Assembly: GCA_031291995.1 (NCBI GenBank)
Contig: JARLHZ010000034.1
Span: 78,915-142,914 of the forward strand
Reading direction: 5' to 3'
DNA: 64,000 bases
Source of the DNA: Candidatus Doudnabacteria bacterium
Lineage (GTDB): Bacteria > Patescibacteriota > Doudnabacteria > UBA920
The position numbers and the translations under genes are program-made. Each line of letters opens with the position of its first letter. Position 1 is the first letter of the stretch. The notes beneath the pieces were generated by a model, which had not been told where the DNA came from, ran no database searches, and saw nothing but the letters and a program-made list of their open reading frames with translations. This document shows positions 29,007 through 37,222 of the stretch, one piece after another.

Positions 29007-29097
29007 ATATTAGTTGATATTGGGATATTTATAGATATTAAAAAATACTGGCTTCCGCCAATATTCTTCAATATCAATTAATATCTACCAATATCAA
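29007..29097. repeat. GATATT/AATATC short-repeat hairpin
   Basis: Four GATATT units followed by four AATAT(C/T) units in inverse orientation. Confidence 0.7.
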
Positions 29098-29670
29098 CTA
29101 CGATTGGAAATTAACCGTATGCACCAGCGCGTCAAACTGCGGCAGCAGATTAAAAGACTGGCCAACGTCAAAGGTGTAATAATAATTGCTGAATTTTATG
29201 CCAAACAGGGAATTTAGAACGTTATACGCCTGGATTCCGCCAATACTTTCGGTATTAAAAGGCAGCCCGTCCATAATATAAAAACTGCTCGGGCTTATGT
29301 AAATGGCAAAATTATAATATTTTGCCCCGGGGTCAACCTGTAATACCGTGTAACCGTTCTTTTTTTGAGCCGGCAGGATTTTCCAGCCGGGTTGATATTT
29401 AAAACTAAAGTGGTATTGGGAATCGCTGTACGTTTTCCAGTCTGATGTATCTACCGCCGGCGTCTCAGCCTGCGCGTTTTGGCTTTGATTTTGCGTTTGA
29501 GTGGCGTGGTAAGCCGTCATTTGGTAGTTGGAACCAAAACGCCCGCTGTAATTTTGGGTCGGTCCGGATAAATAAAGCCACCAAATGGTCAGGCACAAAT
29601 AAGAACCGATTAAAATCAAAACCAGCAAAACAAGGAAGCTTTTGGATTGTGGCGACATTTTGTTCTTCAT
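29098..29670 (-). CDS. Membrane-anchored PsbP-like protein
   Basis: N-terminal TM, Q-rich linker, DTSDWKTY...FSFKY..W pattern. Confidence 0.75.
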   Translation of the reverse strand: MKNKMSPQSKSFLVLLVLILIGSYLCLTIWWLYLSGPTQNYSGRFGSNYQMTAYHATQTQNQSQNAQAETPAVDTSDWKTYSDSQYHFSFKYQPGWKILPAQKKNGYTVLQVDPGAKYYNFAIYISPSSFYIMDGLPFNTESIGGIQAYNVLNSLFGIKFSNYYYTFDVGQSFNLLPQFDALVHTVNFQS

Positions 29671-29814
29671 TTTGTTTCCGATAAGGGGACTTTATACCTT
29701 TAGGTGTATTATAAAATACTTTAATTAAGCCTGTCAAATTTGGCTTTAGTTTACGAAGTACGAAGCGTTACGAACTTACGAATGGATACGCCTGCAGATA
29801 ACGGGCAGGAACCT

Positions 29815-30000
29815 TTATTTTCCGGTGCCAAAAAGTTTGTCCAGGCCCGCGTTGTTGCCGCAATAGTAAATGTGGGAAGTGAGGTTAACGCAATAACCGG
29901 GGTTTTTGCTAATAAAGGAATATTTGGGTAAAAACCAGTATAAAAAGAAGACTACAAGGATAATAACCAGGTAAAAAAAGATTTTCAACAGTTTAAACAT
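29815..30000 (-). CDS. Small membrane protein
   Basis: 61 aa, one TM, Cys pair. Confidence 0.6.
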   Translation of the reverse strand: MFKLLKIFFYLVIILVVFFLYWFLPKYSFISKNPGYCVNLTSHIYYCGNNAGLDKLFGTGK

Positions 30001-30404
30001 TTGGTTTCCAAATAGGGATTGTTAACTTAATTATATCACAAATATGGGATGGTTGGCGCCGGTATTTCAAGTAACTGCCCACCTGGCTGGCTTCCCGGTG
30101 GTTGAAAAGGAGTAAAAATCAAAACCGATCGATTTTTTGACTTCCATAAAAATACCAAACCCGGCGTTTTTTTTGCCGCCCCGCCGAGCTTTTTAGAATT
30201 TAAGTTGTTTAAAATTTGAGAAAAAGCCGGAGATTATATCAGGTTTTGCCCAAATCGCCATTTTGCTTAGCTTGTCTGGCAGTATTCATATCAAAAAAAG
30301 CTATTCAAAAACTGCCGCGGCATTTTTAAATGCCTTTTAAGCCGCTTGTTGCGGTATAAAAAACGGTATGGGATAATAACTTTGCCGCAAATTAACATTA
30401 AGTA

Positions 30405-31169
30405 ATGAGCAAAGCGCTAAAAAAATCCTATATTCGCCTGGTTAGTTTTAATGTCCACTCTGGTCGAAATACCAGGGAAATCGCGCAAGTTTTTGTCCGG
30501 GACAAAAATCTCTCTAAGGCGGACATTATTCTGCTGCAGGAAATAGAGTTTCATCAAGTTGAAAAAATTTGTCGCGCGGAATCAATTGCGCGGCATTTGG
30601 GTTTTCATTTTGTTTATGAACCCGCGCGGCAGCTTGGGGCTTCCGCCACCCACGGTCTGGCCATACTGAGCCGCTATCCCATTAAAAAGGCTCTCCCGAT
30701 ACGGCTTCCTGAATTTAGGCTATTATTTAAGCTTCAAACCAGGATTGCCTTGGTTGCCGGCATAAAAATATCCGGAATAAATATTACGGTTTGCAATATA
30801 CACTTGGATACCCGCCTTAACCCAAAACAAAGAATGCGCCAACTTAATGCATGTTTGACGCAGCTGAAAGAAGATTACGGGCAAAATATTATTATCGGAG
30901 GGGACTTTAACACGATCCCGTTCCGAACCGCGGCCGGAGGCATTCCTATTTTTTACTCTAATCAGGCAAAGCATCTTCATAAAAATATGATAGATATGGG
31001 TTTTAATCATTTTTGCGAACCTTTGGGCTTTACGATGACGAGCGGTTTTCTGAGGATGAGGCTCGACCATATTTATACCGACCGTCTGCCAATAGCCAAA
31101 TGCGGCGTGGAAAAAAATATCCATGTCTCTGACCATAAGCCGTTGTGGGCGGATATTGAAATTTTTTAG
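30405..31169 (+). CDS. Endonuclease/exonuclease/phosphatase family protein
   Basis: SFNVH, LLQE, NIHLD, GGDFN, LDHI and SDH motifs. Confidence 0.9.
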   Translation: MSKALKKSYIRLVSFNVHSGRNTREIAQVFVRDKNLSKADIILLQEIEFHQVEKICRAESIARHLGFHFVYEPARQLGASATHGLAILSRYPIKKALPIRLPEFRLLFKLQTRIALVAGIKISGINITVCNIHLDTRLNPKQRMRQLNACLTQLKEDYGQNIIIGGDFNTIPFRTAAGGIPIFYSNQAKHLHKNMIDMGFNHFCEPLGFTMTSGFLRMRLDHIYTDRLPIAKCGVEKNIHVSDHKPLWADIEIF

Positions 31170-32473
31170 TATTGTTTTATAAACTTCACAAACAGCATCT
31201 CGCCGAGCCGGTCCCAAATTCCTCTTTTCTTCCACTGCTCCAGGTTGATTTGTTTCGCGTTTCGCTGATCTTTTAAAAATACACCGCCAAGCTCCCGGCC
31301 AAACCGCGGATTATAAATACCCAGAACATTTTCTTCATTAAGTTCCACCGAGCGAATGTCCATGTTGGACGAGCCAATAACCGACCAGGAGTCGTCTATT
31401 ATAAGCACTTTGCTGTGAATCATGGTGGGCTGGTACTCATAAATTTTTACTCCGGCTTTCAAGTATTTTTCAAAATAGTAATGGCTGGCCAGGCGGATTG
31501 GCTTGGCATCGGTCTTGTTGTTTGGCACCAGTAAGCGCACGTCAACTCCGGCCCGGGCGCGGTCCATAAGCGCGTGCCTTATATGATCGTCAGGAACAAC
31601 GTAGGAGGAATTTAAATAAATCTTTTTTTGGGCCGAAGCGATGGACAGCCAAAAAAATTTAGTCAGCGGCTGGGTATCGGACGCAGGGGAGCTGGCAACG
31701 CTGACATATTTACAGAGAGGACCCGTCTGCTCGGCCGGAGAAAATGCCGGATAAAATTTGCCGCCCTCCAGAATCTCTCCGTTAGTAGTGGCCCATAGTT
31801 GGGCGAAGGCGGCTTGCAGGCTTTTGGCCATATGGCCGCGGACTTCAAACATCATGTCCCTCCATTCTTTTTCATTGCGGGCGTTGCCCAGCCAGTGGTC
31901 TGCTACGGCCATGCCGCCGGTAAAGCCAATTTCACCGTCTATAACAATGGCTCTTCGGTGGTTTCGCCTGTGTAACCGGGAAAGCTTGCCAAAGCGGGCC
32001 AGGCGGAAGTGCTCTACGCGGCCTCCGGCGAGTTTAAGCCTGTCCATTCTTTTATATGATGCAAAAAATCCCCCAAACCCGTCCAAAAGCAGCCTGACTT
32101 CCACGCCTGCTTTAGCGCGTTCGAGCATAGCCTCAAAAATCGCCTTGCTCATAACCCCTTCTTCCCAAATATAGGTAGTAAAATTTATTGTTTGCCGCGC
32201 GTTCCGTATTGCTTCCAAAAGGGCCGCTAAAAATTCATCGCCGTTGTTTAAAATTTTTACGTCTTCGCCCTGCTCAATGGGGGAGTTGGAAAGCCGTGCA
32301 ATGGCTTGGATAAATTCTTCGGAATCGACGGGATGATTTTCGGTTACCGAGCGCTTTTTGGTGTGGTCGCCAAACGTGGAAAATAGCTCGAGGAGCACAT
32401 CAAATATAGCTATAACGCCAATAACCATTAGCAAAATTTTCCACCAAGCGAGATTGCCAAAAAAATGAATCAT
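31166..32473 (-). CDS. cls: Cardiolipin synthase / phospholipase D family (ClsB-like)
   Basis: Two PLD motifs (HRRAIVIDG, HSKVLIIDD...GSSNMD) and WRD. Confidence 0.88.
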   Translation of the reverse strand: MIHFFGNLAWWKILLMVIGVIAIFDVLLELFSTFGDHTKKRSVTENHPVDSEEFIQAIARLSNSPIEQGEDVKILNNGDEFLAALLEAIRNARQTINFTTYIWEEGVMSKAIFEAMLERAKAGVEVRLLLDGFGGFFASYKRMDRLKLAGGRVEHFRLARFGKLSRLHRRNHRRAIVIDGEIGFTGGMAVADHWLGNARNEKEWRDMMFEVRGHMAKSLQAAFAQLWATTNGEILEGGKFYPAFSPAEQTGPLCKYVSVASSPASDTQPLTKFFWLSIASAQKKIYLNSSYVVPDDHIRHALMDRARAGVDVRLLVPNNKTDAKPIRLASHYYFEKYLKAGVKIYEYQPTMIHSKVLIIDDSWSVIGSSNMDIRSVELNEENVLGIYNPRFGRELGGVFLKDQRNAKQINLEQWKKRGIWDRLGEMLFVKFIKQY

Positions 32474-32682
32474 AAACGTTATACCTCACCCTTACTCGTA
32501 GAAGATCTGGGTGTCGCGTCTTTATTATTATATTATTGGACTTAAGTATACCAAAAAAATTTGGAATCGCAAAAGCAAGATACAAAAAAATCGCTCAACC
32601 AAAAGCGAAATTAGTGTTGGCTGTTGGCCTTGGTTTAGAACCTTGCCTTTGCCAATTCTTCAAAGTGTTTTTAGGAATTCAA

Positions 32683-33200
32683 TTAATAAGTTTTTGATGC
32701 ACCCCGGTCAAGCTCGCTTGCGGATTTTTTAATCCAAATTTTAAAGGAACTTTTCTTTGAAGTAACTGCCTGCCCTTGCCTGGGGATTGCTCCTATCCGG
32801 ACTGCCCAGATGTAATCGGCATTTGCAATAATAAAGGTTCCCCGCCGCATGCAGCGGGGTATTACTGCAAAGACATCGCTACAATTGCGCGGCGAGCCGC
32901 GCGGTATTGAACCTTTCTTTCCGCCAAAGGCGGATCCGCCTCCGGCGGAAGCTCCCTGCCTGGCGGCAGGCAGTCCTCGGCTCGCTCGGCCATAAATGGC
33001 CGGACTCGCTCTACGTCGCTAATAAAAGCAATAACACCAAGAGCCAGCCATCCGTAAGGTATGTCACGCAGACTAATAGAGTTTGTTTGCAGCAAGGAAA
33101 GAATCAAATCATAACCTAGCGGGATAAGGAACACAAATGACTATTTCTTCAGTGTGTAAACTTCCCATTGCCGGTTATTATCGTCTTTAACGATTCTCAT
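32683..33200 (-). pseudogene. Small membrane-protein gene broken by an in-frame TAG and a miniature element
   Basis: MRIVKDD...LKK*SFVFLIP...LGVIAF; removing 32831-33021 continues the frame as IIANADYIWAV...KTY*. Confidence 0.7.
32831..33021 (-). mobile_element. IS200/IS605-type miniature element (PATE-like), copy A, with nested REPs
   Basis: Follows TTTAT and ends in TTTAT; subterminal hairpins; homologous to 33460-33606; the empty site restores an ORF. Confidence 0.8.
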
Positions 33201-33216
33201 ATATTTTCAATGTAGA

Positions 33217-33627
33217 TTATTTTTTTCTTGAACCAACAATGGCCAACATCACAAACCCTAATCCCACGATTCCGATAAATATCCCAGCCAGTCCAAATGT
33301 TGAGTTGTAATGCACGGGAGTAGGCGCTGTTTGAAACCAGGAAATTCCACTTGTTGCTTTGTTAAATTCGTTAAAAAACAAAGCAAAGCCGCCGATGACC
33401 AATATTAGACCGACGGTTAAAGTTACTCGCCAATTTATATTCGTAAGTGATAATTTTATTAACGACGTAGGCGAGTCTGTTTTTGCTTGCAAAGACAAGC
33501 GAGCCGAGGAGTTAATACAGGTTCAATGCCTCGGAGCTCTGCTCCCAAGTAATAGTTGTTACCTTGCAGTTAATACCTCGTCAGCTCTGCTGCGAGGAAC
33601 CTTTATTTTTTTTGCCATCATTTTCAT
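33217..33627 (-). pseudogene. Two-TM protein gene interrupted by a miniature element
   Basis: Removing 33460-33606 gives MKMMAKKIKLSLTNINWRVTLTVG...SRKK* in frame. Confidence 0.78.
33460..33606 (+). mobile_element. IS200/IS605-type miniature element (PATE-like), copy B
   Basis: TTTAT|TAACGACGTAGGCGAGTC...GCGAGCCGAGGA...GGTTCAAT-hairpin...TGCAGT-TAATA-hairpin-AACCTTTAT|. Confidence 0.82.
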
Positions 33628-33662
33628 TTGGCTGGCCTTGTTTGACCAAGTTGGAACCGAGA

Positions 33663-34172
33663 TTAATAAAAATACCCCGCAAAATTTCTATCTAGATGCC
33701 CCACATTTCGTCTTGCAGGGACAGCGTCGGGTTTAAAAATTGCTTTCATGGAATATTCCTTACCCCAAATATCTTGATAACTTAATAATAACTTGCCTTC
33801 ATGAAATAAAGGGTTATACATAGCCTCAAAAGTAAGGCTCACATCCCATGTTAGGATTAAATGATCTTCGTATTTTCTAGGTAATAAATCGGAACCAAAA
33901 AACATCTCCTGATTTATTGGAACTAGGGTAGCTTTTATATTTTTTGCCAAACCGTTCCCAACATTTTTTATTATTAATTTTAGTAAATGAGGGTTTGCGA
34001 CATCTCCGATTTCTGGCTGAAGGATTGGAATTTGACTAACTCTGTTCTGTTGTATTGATTTGAACGCAAAGTAAGCGGAACCAACAGCGGCAAAAGCTGA
34101 CACGGCTGTTAATATGACATTAGCCCAATTATTGCCTGTTGAAATTTGAGGAGCGATGAAATGGTGATACAT
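33663..34172 (-). CDS. Hypothetical protein with an N-terminal TM
   Basis: TM followed by IKNVGNGLAKNI and YQDIWG patterns; AT-rich. Confidence 0.7.
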   Translation of the reverse strand: MYHHFIAPQISTGNNWANVILTAVSAFAAVGSAYFAFKSIQQNRVSQIPILQPEIGDVANPHLLKLIIKNVGNGLAKNIKATLVPINQEMFFGSDLLPRKYEDHLILTWDVSLTFEAMYNPLFHEGKLLLSYQDIWGKEYSMKAIFKPDAVPARRNVGHLDRNFAGYFY

Positions 34173-34181
34173 TGTAATTTA

Positions 34182-34865
34182 TTAAAATCCAAAAAATCTA
34201 AAAAATTTCCTAAGTTGTAATATAAGGTAATAATTAATTATTTTTACCATATGCCAGAGATAGGGAAACGGATTTCCAGATTTAAGTCTTTCAAAAGTAT
34301 TTGGCAATGTCCACCATAAGTCAATTAATTTTTGACTGCGCAACGCCCCTTTTTCATCAAAAAGATTTCCGTTTATATCTGTAAATAATAAATGAAATTC
34401 GTGTTTTGGGATATAAAAAGCTGCTCCTGGCTGAACCGGCTTTTTGCTATAAACCAATGCTTTGACATGGGTTCCAGTCAAACAAATTTGGAAATTAATC
34501 TTTAAATGTTTTCCTTCATAGGGTGAAAACAAAATCGGTAGAGAAATTTTATTTTGATTTCCGTCATGGACTTCTGCTCCAATTCCGTTTGTTAGCGACC
34601 TAGTTCTTGACCCATTATCCCAAATGACATATGAGATTTCTATAATTGAATTAGGCTCTAAGCTTTGATTTTTGATATGGCCATCAAAACTCAAATTGTA
34701 AAATTCCAAATTGTCTTTTTCTGTAACTCCTCCGGCCGAGCCTCTAAAGACAAACGAAAATCTTTTTTTCTTTTTAACATTTTGCCCTATGACATAAATA
34801 AGTGAAATCAGCCCGGACACCGAACCTATCTGAAGTATTATCGGCCAAATTTCTTTGATAGTCAT
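34182..34865 (-). CDS. Hypothetical protein with an N-terminal TM
   Basis: 227 aa ORF closely linked to its neighbours; AT-rich. Confidence 0.75.
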   Translation of the reverse strand: MTIKEIWPIILQIGSVSGLISLIYVIGQNVKKKKRFSFVFRGSAGGVTEKDNLEFYNLSFDGHIKNQSLEPNSIIEISYVIWDNGSRTRSLTNGIGAEVHDGNQNKISLPILFSPYEGKHLKINFQICLTGTHVKALVYSKKPVQPGAAFYIPKHEFHLLFTDINGNLFDEKGALRSQKLIDLWWTLPNTFERLKSGNPFPYLWHMVKIINYYLILQLRKFFRFFGF

Positions 34866-34871
34866 AAATAT

Positions 34872-35600
34872 CTAAATTATCCTTTTCCAACGCTTGAATG
34901 CTTTTATGTCTGTGGAGTTTAAATCAAACCATTCACCATTCATTCGTTTTGAATCAAAACGCCTGTGCCAATACGCCTCAATGCCGCTTGGGTCATCGGT
35001 TTTAATGGAATGGATTAAGTCCATTTTTTCGGGTAACTGAATTCGGAGTTCGGTTCCGCGGCGGACGGTATCGTTGGTCTTTCCAATTTTATAATACCGA
35101 CCGTGTTTAAAAAGATATACTTCTCCCAAACTTTGGCTCGTGTCGTTACCAGAAAAAACATTTCCAGTACCAAATTTTTGGATAACTGATTCACATAATT
35201 TAATTATATCGTCGTATCCAGTTTTGCTTTTGCAATAATCCATCAATTTTTCAGCCATCTGATGTTTTGATGAACCCCAACGATAAAAGGCGCTTGTACT
35301 TGGGAATTCCGGATTGTTATTTTTTTCAACTTTAATCTCTCGCAATGTAGGAAATTTTCCTAACTTGTGTATTACTTCAATTATTTTATTTGCTAAAAAT
35401 TCATCTGAATACCCGGACTGAAATTCGTTTGGGGCAAAACCAGCTTCTTTTAGCGCATCACCAAAACGAGCCCAGTATTTTTCCCAGTCGTTTGCTTTAA
35501 TGACCGTTTCTTTTTCAAACCTACCCGCACCTAAAGGTTTACCACCATTTTCCTTTGCAGTGCGTTTTATCTCTTCTAAAATTTGTTGTTTGGTAAACAT
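34872..35600 (-). CDS. GIY-YIG (T5orf172/MUG113-like) nuclease with N-terminal helical repeats
   Basis: GEVYLF...YKIGKT...RR...E...H..F..KR..GEWF; two homing-endonuclease-associated-type repeats. Confidence 0.82.
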   Translation of the reverse strand: MFTKQQILEEIKRTAKENGGKPLGAGRFEKETVIKANDWEKYWARFGDALKEAGFAPNEFQSGYSDEFLANKIIEVIHKLGKFPTLREIKVEKNNNPEFPSTSAFYRWGSSKHQMAEKLMDYCKSKTGYDDIIKLCESVIQKFGTGNVFSGNDTSQSLGEVYLFKHGRYYKIGKTNDTVRRGTELRIQLPEKMDLIHSIKTDDPSGIEAYWHRRFDSKRMNGEWFDLNSTDIKAFKRWKRII

Positions 35601-35618
35601 TGTTTTTATAAAATTATT

Positions 35619-36632
35619 TTATAATTCGTCAGCTACAACTTGCCAAAACTCTAGGAGCTTAAAGTATCGAGCAAGCTGATTGTCTGTATGAAAATGTTTG
35701 CGTCTTTCGTCGCCTTGCTCAAAATTTGTCAGCACTTGATTTACATCAAATATTCTTAAACCATTTTTTGTAACTTTTAAATTAAATGGGTGCACCATAT
35801 CGTAAGGAATCTCTTTTGTCCGTTCCGGTAGTTGTCGAGCAATTTCGATAAATTTTACTAATTCATTTTTTATTTGCTGGGCTTTGTCTGGAATTTCAGT
35901 TTTAATTTGTTTAGCCCAAGATTTTGCGTTTTCAATAATCTGAATATCTAAAGGAACTTGTTCATATAAAAAATTACCCGCCCCCGGTCTACGAGTTGTA
36001 CCTGTTTCCATATAATCTTTAACAAGATGCGCGTTTAAATTTAACCCCTGAATACGAGGCTGAAACTCATAAAGATATTTAGGGCCATCGCGTTCCGGCT
36101 CTTTTTTGTTTTTTTCTGTTCCAATAACAAATTGAGTGGGGACAATAACATCTGGTAACTCTTCCGAAAAATAACCCTTTATTCTATCGTGTCGCTGTTT
36201 AAGTTTTTGAGCTTTTGATTCAATTGAATATTTATTTAAAACCCCGGCTACTAATTTTAGGTCAATATTAAGTCTCCGCCGGTCTTCTTCGGAAATCATA
36301 TCGAATACTTCTTCCGCATTTGGGTGGCGGCCAAGTGTATTACAAGCACCTTCAATTTCAAATTTTACCCAAGACTCTGACTTATTATTTTGTCCTGCTT
36401 CATCATCAAATAACTCATACCAAATGGAGCTATATTCATCCAAATAATATTTTTTTAATACAAAACCTTCCGGCACCATTTTTCTCATTTCTTGTGGAAT
36501 TCTCTTGAGTTCGCCTACAATTGAATAACTACCCTGATGATAATGCTTCTCGCCTATTTCCGGTTCTGTGAATCCGGGTTTTATAGAAGTTTCGGGTCTT
36601 AAAAAAGTTGGGCGGGGAAATTCTTTAGGCAT
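35619..36632 (-). CDS. Hypothetical protein, possible atypical kinase-like fold
   Basis: VLKK, EFQPRIQG, YDMVHPFN and RIFDVN occur in the order of kinase-like motifs. Confidence 0.55.
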   Translation of the reverse strand: MPKEFPRPTFLRPETSIKPGFTEPEIGEKHYHQGSYSIVGELKRIPQEMRKMVPEGFVLKKYYLDEYSSIWYELFDDEAGQNNKSESWVKFEIEGACNTLGRHPNAEEVFDMISEEDRRRLNIDLKLVAGVLNKYSIESKAQKLKQRHDRIKGYFSEELPDVIVPTQFVIGTEKNKKEPERDGPKYLYEFQPRIQGLNLNAHLVKDYMETGTTRRPGAGNFLYEQVPLDIQIIENAKSWAKQIKTEIPDKAQQIKNELVKFIEIARQLPERTKEIPYDMVHPFNLKVTKNGLRIFDVNQVLTNFEQGDERRKHFHTDNQLARYFKLLEFWQVVADEL

Positions 36633-36728
36633 ATAATTAGCTTGTTAAACAGGCACTAAAAATTAATCTATCTGCCCCTAAAATATAGCAAATTCTGCTT
36701 AAAAAATACAGCTCGGTGGATAACCGCC

Positions 36729-36860
36729 TTGACATAAACTTTGGAAGCGTTAAACTAAAAATGGTTAGTGTAAAAGCTAATCAGGGAGTGGGCTAGCCCA
36801 AGAGGGACTAGCGCCCAATGGCTACTACGCAACAAGCGGGAGTAGCTTTTTGTTTTTTAT
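36729..36860 (+). ncRNA. Promoter plus a roughly 95-nt three-hairpin RNA ending in a terminator
   Basis: TTGACA-16 nt-TAAACT; hairpins GGTTAG/CTAATC, TGGG-CTAG-CCC/GGG-CTAG-CCCA and GCTACT/AGTAGC + U tract. Confidence 0.5.
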
Positions 36861-36901
36861 GTTCATACGATTCAAGTTATATTTTCTGCGCCGGGGTTTG
36901 T

Positions 36902-37102
36902 ATGCGGTTCAGCGAGGGGCTTATTGGCTACACGAAAGAGCACTTTAACGATAAGCACCACAAATTGATGACAGACGACGAAGCTAATTCAGCAACTGAG
37001 GCTTTAGCTGATTTGTTTTTGCTAATGGCAAAGAGGCAGGCGGCGGGGCGGCCGCACCCCAACGGAGGGGCGGCGGCAACGCCGCCTGTTATACTCGATT
37101 AA
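36902..37102 (+). CDS. Small hypothetical protein upstream of the recombinase
   Basis: 66 aa MRFSEG...DDEA...LADLF; 3' part is a GC-rich hairpin (37037-37088). Confidence 0.55.
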   Translation: MRFSEGLIGYTKEHFNDKHHKLMTDDEANSATEALADLFLLMAKRQAAGRPHPNGGAAATPPVILD

Positions 37103-37222
37103 TATAACACTTAATCCGAAAATGGTTATACGATAAAACTTTATATGCTGTCAAATATTTGTAAATTATTTACATCCGGCGTATTATGGATTTGTAAAAA
37201 TCCTTAAAGAAACAAAAACTTT

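Noticed and set aside
30040-30400. ncRNA or repeat sharing AAGTAACTGCC with 32760
   Set aside because: An 11-nt match only, with no shared structure; the 32760 copy lies in a restored coding frame.
32862-33134. 90-aa ORF as an intact gene
   Set aside because: It is a chimera of a pseudogene segment and element A.
32831-33606. A and B as the two ends of one composite transposon
   Set aside because: Each has its own restorable empty site, so they are independent insertions.
32600-33640. Second att site for the tRNA-Gln island
   Set aside because: Only short matches such as TTGGCTGG at 33628 were found, which is expected by chance.
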